DNA from: Eukaryota sp. GEM-RC1
Taxonomy: Eukaryota
Reading direction: 5' to 3'
Assembly: GCA_040285855.1 (NCBI GenBank)
Contig: JAUFOQ010000001.1
Location: 2,170,001 to 2,234,000 of the forward strand
Length of the DNA: 64,000 nucleotides
Shown one piece after another: positions 49,880 to 62,727 of this stretch (position 1 is its first letter; the number at the start of each line of letters is the position of its first letter). The notes below the pieces were generated by a model that worked only from the letters and a program-made list of their open reading frames with translations, had not been told where the DNA came from and did no database searches. The translations under genes were made by a program, and so were the position numbers.

Positions 49880-52719
49880 AGTCAATTCAATTGACTATGA
49901 TGACTCTGATGTAGAATCACACATTTCATGTCATTCACTATCGCTTTCACCTTTCTTGACATCAGTTCCATCATATAGGACGTCTTTTCGTACCTGTTTT
50001 TTGTATCTCATTCGTCCCGTTTTATCTCTGTATCCTCGTGTGATCTTCCATTCACTCTTTACTCGTGACTGTTCTTCCCTGTCTTCGTCTCTTCGTGACA
50101 CTTCATGTCTTGATCGTCAGTACTCGTACTCTAACACATACTTCATGCATGGTTGTTGTTCTAAGTTATATATAGACCTAACCGGCTAATTTTGTCTGAG
50201 TACCTTTCGTGGTGATAAGAGAAGAGAGCCGAAGATTATAGAACAGCTAAGACTTAGGACGTAGATATAGGGAATGACTAGAAAGCAAAACGTTGATGTC
50301 AAAAGGAGGATGAACTTCTTCATTCATGTCCCTAGACTGTTACGCCGTGGGATGTCTTCTCCTACTCTCATTTGATCTTCATTCCTTCATTTGTCTCTGT
50401 ATCCGCGCGTGAACTATCAATCACGCATCTCCCGTGATCACTTCTTCCTTGTTTCTTGATGTCTGTACTCCTCGATGTCTCTACTCATCTTTTTCGTCAC
50501 TACTGTAACATATGTTTCTGGAAATGATGTATGTTCTTCTTAATACACGCTTAGCCTTGGATTATTTACTCTATTTCAGGTGTATCATGCGTACGCATCT
50601 CTTCTTGTTTGACTGGCATTGTCTCTTGTATCACGTGATCAGTGATGACGTGCTCGATACTTCTCGTCTGCTGTTCTGTTTGTCTATGTCTCTTGATGTT
50701 CTTCTGTGAACTTGATGGTCATCTTAAAGCTCTCTCTTTTGTGATTGAGTATCAATCCAAAATTGTTTATCTGTTTTAATATCCAAAACAGAATAATGAA
50801 AGTAAGTTTTATTATGTACTATCGATTTCTTTTTGCCTGACAACCACATTTTTACGATCTTTATAATCCCTACAATAACCTCAGTTCACTTGCTCCTATG
50901 GAAAACTCAATCCAGCATGATTTGAACCCTTTGAGTTCTATCGTATCGAATCATATAGGCGACACAGTTTAGTTGTCACTTTGTAGAATTGTATTAAAAA
51001 ACTACACAAAGTCTTTGATTCGGCAGGCGTCTTTGGCTTGTGTTATTGTCAGAAGGTTTGACCATAAACTGGTTAGGCTTGTCATGGCGGATGACAAACA
51101 TCAAGCGAATCAAATTTTATTAGAATGATTCAACTGACTCATTCCGGATTGGAATGCATGATATTTTCAAAGATGTGATTGGAAAATACATCCGTGTCAA
51201 ATTGGAACATGGAACCAATGGTCAGCAGTTAGTGATATATTTTGAATGTCCATTGTGAAACGAATCTCATCAATTGACTATGATCTACATGTCCAACATT
51301 TGCAGCAAACGATCTCTCAAAATACCGTACTTGACGAACGTACATTACACATCAATGCCTGAACTCGTTTGTATTTTATGTTTGCGTGTTTTAGTATTCT
51401 GGAGAGTAGGAATAGAGACTTCTCTACGTAGAACATTTCTAACATTACATTGTAGTTCTCGGAAATACACAAAAAGATCCTCATCGATTTTAGCTATTAA
51501 AAGTTTCACTTCAGCACTACTCAACGTAATGATTGAGCGACCACAAGGAATTTGTGTGCAGCGAGAAAAGAGGACTGAGGTTTTCGAAAATACAGATCTA
51601 CAAGTGATTGTGTTGTTTGTAACGTGTTGAGAGCATGTACGGCCCTAGCTCTAGTGTCGTTTGAATAGGAGTCCCGTTCCACCCGGTGGCTTCACCTCAC
51701 CCAACTTTTCCAAATTTCACCTGATGTCACCCAGACTCTCTTGCTTACCCGATGTCACCCAGTGTCACCTGGTACAACATAGTGGGAAAATAAGACAATA
51801 TGTAACACCTACTTTCACTTTACCGTTCTTAGAACTGAAGCAGAATTGACGTAATATATAAATTGTGGTTGGAATATATAAATCTAAGAACAATTCAGGA
51901 ATGACGTTCAATCCTTAAAACATAATCTCTCACATAATTACTTATCCGAAATGGAGCATCGTTTGTTTTCTTTTAAAGAATGCCCACTGATAACAACGAT
52001 TCTGATGTTACAGAGATGGCATTAAGTGCAAGAAAATCTCTGGCTAAGGAAGCACATCCAGCATTTTTTTTCTCACTTTGTTTCCACCACAACAGAACAT
52101 CAAAATCATCATTAAAAAACGAGTGTCAAAGACTATCGTCACAAACAATAAGAAGTTGAAGACGAATGGCTTATAGTATTTCAGTACTACTGATATTGGT
52201 TTCATCAAGTTGTCTACAAACGGAACAAGATCCAACAAAATCTTCACTGTGGCTCAGTAGCCATCTATAATGTACACATATAAACAATATCAGGGTAAAC
52301 GTATTGACAAGTGATCTCAAAGTTTAAGATGAAGGTTCATTGGCCAGGTATGAACAGTATCCTTGTTTTTTTGTACTTGTTTTTATAAAGTCTGTTAATA
52401 GAATACATAACGTTTTGTAAAATTGTTGAATATACCACTCTATACCCCATAATGTACCAAAAAAAGTATACTGGAATTTTTCTCAGTACAACTGTAATCC
52501 AAATAAATGCTACACATTATTTTATTATTTTGGGATAATTGAATTTCTACTAGTCAACTGAAAAACACTGTTGCAATACTACCATTGTTATTGCATTTCT
52601 ACCATACATGCTTATTCACTGGGAAGAACACCTTTCATTCCCTTTAGAGCTTAATATATCTTACAATTGTAAAGATGACCTTCAAATATCTATTTATCAT
52701 GACGCTATAAAAGCTTGGA

Positions 52720-53075
52720 GTGATGTACATACAACTCACAGCGATTCACGTCGTTAAGACGGAGCGTTTACCATTACAGCCTTTGAAGAACACACTTATC
52801 GTAGACTTGCTGATACTGTAACACTAACAGCCAAAACAGTTGGAAGATCCCAAACTAGACAAGACAAACTCGACGCCACTTCACTCTCCCGAAAAGCCAA
52901 AGAAGCTTATGGCAATGATCTTACACCGATTAAAGCCTTACGAGGTGTACAGGAACATGAAAAGTTGATATTTGGTGATGCGACTGAATCGTATGCATCT
53001 TTAGAAAAGTACATCCCATCTCTTCGACAGTCAGACGTTAACCATTTCGTACAGTATTCAAGGAATTGCAGATAA
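52720..53075 (+). mobile_element. MuDR transposase N-terminal relic
   Basis: KEAYGNDLTPIKALRG...IFGDATESYASLEKYIPSL matches the MuDR YG...KAWR...G...SY..L..Y...L pattern. Confidence 0.7.
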
Positions 53076-53474
53076 AACGAGGGGGTTTGACGAGAGACCA
53101 AAAATTTAGACTTTAAATTTTCTCAGTGTCACTATTCCAAATAAACTTTACGTATTACATTAATTTTTCTGGACATGGTATTTATGAACTACTCTCATCT
53201 CTCTGCATCACCAAACCCACTCAGCAATTGGCCGTGTCCAATCACGAATCTTTCAGCATCAAAATCCCGCAGAACAGAAGAAGACGTTCCTAATTCTATT
53301 AATGGGTTAATGAAAGCAACAATATACAAGGTTACAACTGTTATATCCATCTTCACACAACACCAACATTAAGAAAGTCAAGTACTGGTGGAAGAATAAA
53401 GATTCTTTAGTTAATATGCAGTTAAGTGATTGTCTTTTGAAGGAAGCTGCCGTTTCTAATGTGAGATACTCCCA

Positions 53475-53810
53475 ATGTTTAAGGGTATGAAAGAGATTGT
53501 GTTCATCCATCCTATGAGGCCATCGAACGACAAAAAACATCTTTGTGACACTCACTTAGGTGAAGCATCGGAAGAAATCAGCTATCAAAGCAGACTGTCT
53601 ATCAGAACTCGACAAACTCTAACAACAGATGCATCAACTACTGCTAATAGGACAATGGTTTGATTTGCGTCTGTTACACCAAATGGGTCAGTATTTGAAG
53701 GTATCCAGACCAATCCAGGTAAACTTACTACAACTGTCAACATCGAAAGAATGATGGAGGAACAACTGGCAAATATCAGTGCTTTGCAGATTGTTACTAT
53801 CAGACATAAA
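53475..53810 (+). mobile_element. hAT (DUF659-type) transposase relic
   Basis: TLTTDASTTANRTMV*FASVTPNGSVFEGI. Confidence 0.5.
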
Positions 53811-56800
53811 TAACATCATCTAATGTTGTTTGTTGACTCAAAACTGAATCAATTTGCATGGCGTTCTGCAACATCTGACAATAAAATATGGCTTTGACAC
53901 GAAGTCTTGGAAAATGGATATGGTATGCGCTGCTTGTGCTGCGGATTCCTCTAGTTCAGAGTGTACTCGCTGAGGGAAAAGCCACGTTCTGAAGCCTCCA
54001 AACTTCAAGAAACTGTCAAGCATAATTCCATTCTTGTTTATAAATTAACAGTTGATAATAAAATTTACTTTCAGTATTCTGAATATTAAAAGAGAGAAAC
54101 ATTTTTAAATTGACAAGTGATCACAAAGAGAAAAACTTTAAGATGACCACCATGTTCACAATAGAATATCAAGATATATTGATTAGCATAAGATTATACA
54201 AGAAGAATCGAACACGTCATCATTGATCACGTGATATTATGGACAATGGAAGTAGAAAATGATGAGTACACATAATACACATGTAATAGAGTAAATAATC
54301 CAAGGCTAAGGAGGATACCTGGATTAAGAAGAATACCTATCATTTACAGAAACATATGTTAGATAAGCGACGAGTAAAGATAGAGGAGTAGAGACATCAA
54401 GAAACAAGGATGAAGTGATCACGAGAGACGAGTGATTTATGGTCCACGCACGGATACAAATACAGATGAAGGAATGAAGATCAAATGAGAGTAGAAGGCG
54501 AGGTCACACGGCGTAAAGACGGGGTCAAGTGTTGAAGTTCATACATGATGGAGGAACAAGATGTTCGTCCAACATCAACGTTTGCTCTCTAGTCCTTCTT
54601 TCTGTCTACCTCCTGAGTCTTCTCAGTTCTGTAATCTTCGTTTATCTTCCGTTGTCATCGCTGTGTTGCTCGTTTTCTCATTTTCCGATGTTTCTTCTCT
54701 GGTTTGATTCGTTCTTTCCCTTTACGTTCCGATGTACGTCCAATTGTACAACTCTGTCTTGCAGTTGTACATGATCCTCTAGTTTCGGTCTTCCTCTTCC
54801 GATTTACACTCTTTTTCTACCCGTACTTACTTATCTCCATGCAGGCTTACTCCTCGTCGTGTAACAACTCCTGATATTCCGAATAGTCGTTCTCTAACTC
54901 ATCAACAAAAACTTTAAACTTGTCTTGGTCTTGATCTGTCTCGATGTAACTCATCACTGTCCATTGATGTCCTTGTTACCGATCTTTCATCATTAGGATC
55001 TGTCATTTCACTGATCACTTGTCCAAGCCATACTCACTGGAAATACTTTTGAGACGATCAAAGGTCTCTCCTTATAGAAGTTGTTGTCTCATTCCTAAGA
55101 ATTCCTGGAATTCATCAGTTTTATACTTGTGATGGGATGTTTTCCGTCTTTTTCTTAACATTTTCCGTTGATGATGTTTTTGTTGACGTTTACCGGAATA
55201 TTTACTAAGTTTTATTGCTTCTCCAGTAACTAGTCAACAATCTGTTTTCATGTTGTGTGCTTCATTACGTTTATTTTCACTGGATAAGATTCCATTAGGA
55301 TAATATGTCTATCAAAAACTCCATTGATGGATGTAGTACTATCTTGTCTTTGTTATTATTGATGTTATTCTTTATTTATCGATACATTTAGACCTTTTAT
55401 TTTCTCTAAATTGATCATTTCAAGGACTTACATATACTATTTGTATGCTGAAAGAAACTTTCAACATAAATGTCTGTTTAACACAACAATTAAACATTTT
55501 CATTTGGTTCAATATATTTACGCCTGGCTATTTTGTCTCTAATTTAACCTTCTTCACAAGACTCATATAAGAAGATAGTGTCAGAGATATTTGGGTATTT
55601 GCTCACAGAAATTGTCGTGATCAGTGGTCGAAGAACTTCAAAAAGTTGATCAAAACATTGATTTTACTTAATTCAGCAGAATTTAGAATAAGTGATGGGG
55701 TCTGCATGGCTTGTAAGTTGATTTAGATTGATAAGCAAACACATTTCGAGCAGAAGTTCACGTGAGTAAATGTAGGCGGAGTGAAAAGACTTTTTGTCAC
55801 ATCAGTATTTGTACGTGGTGACAGTCTTTCATTGTATGACAAAGTAGGTCGAGTGATTATCATCAAGTAATTTGACATTCGGAATTGCAGTAGAATTCTG
55901 CTATCTCTACAATCTCTGACTAGCAGATGACTGTCTAAGTCAGTTTATAGAACATTCTTTTAAAAGGTTGGAGAACTGCTTTCTAGGTCAGGAGCCGGAT
56001 TCAACCCATAGTGCTGAGCACGATTGCATGACTTTTTTACGAGAGCTTCAGGGTCGAGTTCCCTTCCACAACTCAAGTCAACTGCCATACACGGGGATGG
56101 TGCATCTGAGGTTAGAGAAGGTGAAGGTGGAGGTATGTAGTTGAAAGGAGAGGTGAAGAGTGCAAAGTAGATGGAGAAGCAGTCGGCAGAGTCTGAAGGA
56201 GACTCTTTGTTGTATTATGGGGAGAATTCTTCGTCGTCGGTAGCATCTGGGTCATCGAGGGAATCGGTGGGGTTGAGTAAGTGTTCAGCAGTGTGGAATC
56301 TTGCTGATTCCTCTAAATTAGTCTTCAGGAATCGTCTCTTTCTAGTAGAAGTTGTTCCACTTCGAAACCGGAGACTTCTACATGTAGTTTGCAGCATTGG
56401 CATTTGAGGCTTTTGGACTCTTTACAGAAGAAGGTCCTTCTGGAAGTGAGATGGAGTTCGTAAGAAGAATCGCCACAGCTGGCGCAAGGGATGCCAGTGT
56501 CGTCATCTAGATGTTGTGTAGATTTCTTCTTGAGTAAATCTCTGTATTACAGGCTTCGGCAGCTCTGTTGATGAAGTGACTTCAATCTTTTGAAGTCATA
56601 TAGCATGAGGTAAGTGGAGTTTCAGCTGGTGGTGACCTCACAAGCTGTTGTAGCCTCTTCTATATCAAGGTCCTTGGCAAATTTATTTAGTTGTTTTTTA
56701 AATACGGTTGATTTGTGACACTTAATTGCTATTCGTCTGACCTTCTTGATTTTGATCCTAATGATGTCAATTCCAGCTTATCTAGCCAAGTTCAATACAT

Positions 56801-57774
56801 GTTCGAGACTTATTCGTCCTAAAGGAGCAGTTTCAATTGGTTCGTTGAGAAACTTCAACATTCTATGGAAGTGAACGCTAGTAAACCACTTTATACTACG
56901 GAAAGTGGTTCGTTGTCACCCACGTACAACCTGCAGCTCTCCACTGACCAGTTGACAGAACTGTTACGGGATAACTTACTCGGACTAACAACACGCTCTC
57001 TTCTGAACGGCTCTTTGTTGATTGCTCCAATAACTTGGTGAGGTCTCAGACAAAGACTTACATCTGTAGAGTTTAAGGAGTTCTCTTGGGGAATATAGGA
57101 AGGACTTCTGGAACCAAACCGTTCCATGTGTGTTCTATGCATTTCCAGATTTTTAAAAGAAAATCCTAAAATTATCGGTATGGATTTCCGCAATAACGCT
57201 GGGGGGAAGTCTTAGTTTTAGGTTGACCAGCGCAAAATATTTTGTGGGCAGTATAAGTAGTGATAACTGTCCCATTAATGTCATCTTTACTGGAGCAATA
57301 AAGACGAAAGTTGCACTGAGAGTCGGTAAATAACAGTGTACTTCTGGGTGTTAGTAGCTAGAGTCTAGCTGCTAGACTAATTTTCTTGTACTCTTGCAAG
57401 GCATGTTGATGTATTTTTACCCTCTACCGCTATTTTTGACTGTAGCACTATGCCCTCAACGAATTTAACTGAACGTTGGGATTGGCAAGATGTTACAGAG
57501 ATTGGCATGTTGCTTCTAGTGACGTTTGAAGTTAAAGTGTGATGGTGTAAAACGAAATTTTATCATTTTATGGTGGTTTATGGGGAACAACCATTTTTAT
57601 CAAGTACATTTTATATCTGAAATTGCAATTACACTAGTATTGCTAATGGTAATCTATCATTGGGGTCCCAATACAAGCATAGTTGAGGGTAAGCTTGTAT
57701 TGTGTTCCCTTAATAAACTCAAAGGCTTAAAAGGCTTTTTTTAAAACAATATACAGAGTATAGATATTTATTTA

Positions 57775-57990
57775 TTTGGTAATATTGGAATTGCTGCTGA
57801 AAATTTCTTCGATGCCTTTTCAAAGTTGTGCCGTGACCATAGGAAAATTTTTAATCAGTCTCTTTGGCGCAATCGCATTGTTTTTTCCTTAAATAGAAGT
57901 TTCCCAAAGTATTTGAATCGTATTCTGGACCAATTGTATCGTGGTAATTCAAGAGTAGATGTTGTTCATTTAATATCTTTTAAGTCCTAG
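57775..57990 (+). mobile_element. Third, heavily 5'-truncated CRE-like 3' end
   Basis: FGNIGIAAENFF...LWRNRIVFSLNRSFPKYL...LYRGNSRVDVVHLISFKS*, closely matching the end of ORF 9684-10196. Confidence 0.85.
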
Positions 57991-60189
57991 TTGTTTGTAT
58001 TACGTTAATTTATAGCATAAAAAGATTATAATAATGAGTATGTGTAGTGTAGAGGTGTGTTAAATGAATAAAGGTCAAACTACGGTGTGACATCCCACTT
58101 TAATTGGTACTTTAGTTTTACCTGATTCAGTTGAAGTCCGTTTGTAAGTAAGATTTTGTGGCTGGAATGAGATCTACAATGGTGATGACGAATTGTGAGA
58201 CAAGTACTACTGAACGCTTAATTTTGACACATGAGTCTTCCTTACATTACAAAACTGACAATTGAGTGTTTCAATAAACAATTATCAAAGCAAACGTTTT
58301 CTGAGTCAGTGGCAACAAGTAAGACCAAATTCTACAATGGAGCTTTATAGAGAGATTAGTTCTAGTTTGGAGATAATGTGTAAATCTAATTCTTACAAAG
58401 ACCTCAAGTAGTCTTTTCAGGAAATACTGGAGGCTAAAAGATCATCTGTGCTCACAACAGGAATTGTTCTACAGATAGTTATGACAATGTGATTTTAGAT
58501 CTCACATGGTGTAGAAGAGTGTATTAAATTGTAGCGTTTTTATATTAAATAATGAATATTTGTTTGGAATTTAATCAGTGAAACTTATGAACTGAGACTT
58601 AAGTTACAGAGCCAACATCTAACTGCGTCGTTAGATTTCCACAAGAATTAACCAGATGGTTTTCCATAGTCTTGGAGAGGATTCTGTCTATTCAACCAAT
58701 CATTTTGGATTACCAATGATGGCAATTATTCGAACCGATTGTTTTCTTGAAACATTCACGCCTTGTTTTGTATGAATAAAGAAAGAACATGGTAATAGTT
58801 ATTATTGGGCTCTAGACCAGTATAATTCGATTCTTGAGATTTCACCAGAATCAATTGTAAGGGACCGTGATTTACGTCGCCTTTGAATAATCTCACAAGG
58901 ACGAATGTTGGTTTCAACTGGTACAGACAGTACAAATCGAGTTTTTAATCGATTAAAACTTCCCACAATAGTTGTGGGTGTATGTGCATCATATATGTCA
59001 CCAGAACTGAGACTAACTGAGGTCAATAAGGATGATGTTGTAGTTACAACGTCGTCTTCTAATTCTTCTGTCCATAGTACCATAGTTAATTCTAATAAGA
59101 ATATTGTTAACGTTGTGGTCAACTGAAGTGGTTAATAAGATCCGTAAGTGGAAGGAACCTCCATACAAACTCTTTAATACTAGTTCTATTATCGAGGTAA
59201 AATCAACAATTATAATTGTGACCACACCAATGTCACTGCTGAGGATAATGTGATGTTGCATTTTGCCTTTCTCATCACTTCAATTCATTTACCCTGTTCG
59301 ATTTATCTACGCTTCATATTTCGTATTCTGATTAATTCCATTACTAACATTTCTCTTCAACAGTGTTACCCCTGACAGTCTTGCTGATAACATGATACCA
59401 GTGATTGGCCTGACTCTTACTTTAATGGGGATGTTTTCCCTATGCAATTTATCTCTTCAAAGTTCTAAATTCCCACACTCATCAAATTTGGAAATCATGC
59501 TAAGCAAAATGTCCGTACAACTGCTGTCAGTAGCAGTAATATTGACCACAAGCATATAGGCATATACTTATTGCCATCGAGGACATAAATAAGGACAGAG
59601 ATGCGTCTGACCTGTCATGAATCCTTCAGACTAATTCAACAAGTAAATTAAAATGAAGTCTTGTTTAGCTTGATAAAGTAGGTAAATTAAATCTCTTTTC
59701 TTGTACAAGTGGCGATAGACAACATCTACAAGGATTGTGGATGAAGACTTCTGTCATGTTTAAAAACATAACTGAAAGATTAACAACCAAATAATAAAAT
59801 TTACTTTCGTTATCATGTTCGGATATCAAAACTGACAATGAATTTCAGACAAAATCATACAGAAGATAAATAGAAATACATGAAATAAACGTAAAACACC
59901 AGAAACATATACAAATAATCGAGAGGACCAAAAAATGGCAAGTGTCAACATCTGATTAGACTAAAAGAATCGATCACGTCATCATGGATGGCGTTGATTC
60001 ATTAATGAGAGAAATCAAATTGGATAAAAACAACCAATTCAACTTCACTAGAGCTAATAATTCAAGGCTAAGTCTGGATACACACAATTTAAGAGCAATA
60101 ACCACCAGTTCTGGAAGACTACATTAGATTAGTTAAGAAAAAGATATAAACAGCCACCAAAGAGAGCAATGATTACTAGTTCAAAGTGA

Positions 60190-60860
60190 TTAATAACTCA
60201 CTAAAGAGAACACTAGAGGAAACTAGAGGATCATCGATGATGTTTTCGTTTGATAGGGGATGATGTCTTGGTTGAGGTAATCTCCACTTAATACTTTCCC
60301 TAACAAACTCCTTAATGTCAATTTCCTTAGTTTCATCATAAAAAGTCTGAGTTAGGGTGGAAACAACATCAATTGGAGGACTATACATGAGATCGATACA
60401 ACGACAAACTTATTACCAAGAGTAGACTTGACAAGGTTCGAAGCCTCCGTCTTGTTGTTTCATGTAAGTAAGTACGGCGAAAGCAATAGAGACAAGCTTG
60501 TCGTAATCTTCAACGATGATGGTGAGGTAACTGTTGAAGAGAGGTTTAGCGTAGGCAAGGAGTTCAAAAGCGAGGATCATGACTGAGGTTGTTCCGTCAC
60601 CAACTTCTTCATCTTGGGTTAGCGCTAGTTCGATCTTAGTTCTGGCAGTGGGAGGAACCGACTCGACTCAACTTTTAGAAGTCGAGGAAGTCTCATTGCC
60701 TTTGAAATCAGCGTGGAATTGAGTCCAAACACAAAAGTTCAACTCGAGTTGTTACCCATCTCTAAATAGAGACTGAAAGAAGAGAGAAGATGATATACTA
60801 CCAACAGATTCAGTTTCGATTATTCTAGGAAGTTGAGCTTTGCATTGGAATGGAAGTGTA
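60190..60860 (-). pseudogene. CCT3: CCT3 pseudogene, copy 4, interrupted at about 60659-60764 by a hAT-like end (TAGAGATGGG on the minus strand)
   Basis: RTKIELALTQDEEVGDGTTSVMILAFELL; KSTLGNKFVV; TKEIDIKEFVRE. Confidence 0.85.
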
Positions 60861-61358
60861 AGGGTTACAGTAAAAGATGAATGGATGTAGAAAAGGAATC
60901 TCAAGAGGCCAATTGAGGGACGGATCTCAGTAGTGTACGATTATAGCGGATGGATAATGGATATACAACTATTATTTGAGTGGAAGGTCATTCACTAGTC
61001 CAACACAGTAGTGCAGATTGCTACTGCATCATCTGATCGTTTAGAAATCCAATCTGTGGGTTTCTGGGCCCTTTATCATTGTTATATTCCGCCGTAGCCA
61101 CTCAATAAATGCATTGCAATTCGAAAAGCTACTACTATTGTTGATTGTGAGCGATTAATGAGCTTCGTTCGTAAAAATGTCATTTTGGGGAAGTTGTGGT
61201 CAGCAAATGACGTACTCTAAATGTGAATACATGTGACAATCACGATTTTGATATCCTAAGCATTGTTTAACGTTGGAATTTATGACGATGGTAACTGTTA
61301 AAATCTCACATTGGATCATCATGTTCAAAAAAGTAACAATTTATTTTAGTTGGTCAGA

Positions 61359-61905
61359 AGTACAGTACCGGTACTTGTACCGGACGTACGTACGTACGGT
61401 ACGGTACGCCTAAAATCGCCGCGGTACGGAACATTTGCGTTCCATGCACTTGACAAATGTATTCTTACAATAAAACGACTACTTCTGCTGACTTTTTGTT
61501 TCTTCTAACTTTCCTCAAAGTTTCAGTGTTCCAAAAAGAACGGTTATAGTGTAGGAAAAGTTGCCTTTCGAATGAGCCAGCAGTCAAACCAAAACGATGT
61601 TCACCAATAGTTCACCGTACAGCTGAAAACAGTCTTTCACATTCATTGGAAGTACCCGGGATGAATGAAAGGTCTATATAACGTGACGCATTTTGCCTTC
61701 GAAGAGCAGAATTGTTCAAATCAGATTGGATATCTACTGACTCCAGTGCGATATCAGAAGGCGCTTTTTCAAATTTAACAAGTGTATTCTTCTCCGCTGT
61801 ATTTAATTCCACTTCATGTCCCTTCAAAACTTTGACGATAGCAGTTTCAAATGTCATCGAGTGAAGAATATTGGCATTTTCAGCAGTATAAGCAGTACAT
61901 CGAGG
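61359..61905 (-). mobile_element. 3' part of a hAT transposase related to 13513-14480, with GTAC-rich subterminal repeats (61359-61430)
   Basis: ILHSMTFETAIVKV...YIDLSFIPGTSNECERLFS. Confidence 0.8.
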
Positions 61906-62071
61906 ATCAGGGACAGAACAAAAAACATATATAAATAATTTTTGATTTTCTGTTTTCATAAAATAAATAATGGAGAAACCCATCTTGAAAAAATAAATTA
62001 AATATCATTATTTATTTGAAATATTTAAATACAAATATTTTTCCGTAGACACTGGTTCGAATCCTAAGAAG

Positions 62072-62727
62072 CATACTTGTAAAATACAGATCTCTGTATT
62101 TTATGTATTTTGTATTTTATGTATTTTATGTATTTTTCAAAAGTGGGTTTTAAAATACAAACTGTATTTTAGTGTATTTTTCGAACACACGTTCCAAGTG
62201 CTTTTTTAGCACAGATTTGATGTAAAACGAGTCGATTAGATAGAGATAGTCGTACTTTTTTGGTTTGGGAGGTCGTTTGTTTATGAACTGATTGCACTTC
62301 TCAGAGTCAAATCCAGAATAGATGATGAACAAATGAAACAAAAAGAGTTCAACATATAATTTCAACCAGACCCTCCTTCATGACTTCTCTTCCCCAATCT
62401 ATACTATCAATCCACTCTATACCTATTTTATGAATTTCTTGATGTTGAACAAGAGAATCAGAAAGTTGTACAAGTTGAAGATGATGGAATTGGTGAGTTA
62501 GTGGAGATCCATGACGATGCACTAATGTTGGATACGGTGTCACCAACTACAGGAAAACGCAAACGTAGACAACAATCTACTACTGTACCGTTAACGTTGA
62601 GTCGTGGAGATGAAGATTGACTGACGTGGATGTTTGTATTTTACTTTGAATTTTAGTGTATTTTATGTATTTTTGTATTTTACAAATGAAAACTCGTGTT
62701 ACACCAGTCGTGTATTTTACAAGTATG
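62072..62727. mobile_element. Non-autonomous hAT-type element, 656 bp
   Basis: Perfect 17-bp TIR CATACTTGTAAAATACA; 8-bp TSD CTAAGAAG (62064-62071, 62728-62735); TGTATTTT subterminal arrays. Confidence 0.93.

Noticed and set aside
55900..57300. Possible highly decayed Ty3 pol on the minus strand (KYFALVNLK, acidic stretch)
   Set aside because: No YxDD or other decisive motif; too degenerate to call
62049..62071. GGTTCGAATCC, a tRNA T-loop/B-box-like motif next to the hAT insertion
   Set aside because: The T-stem pairs only 2 bp and no cloverleaf can be built, even after removing the insertion
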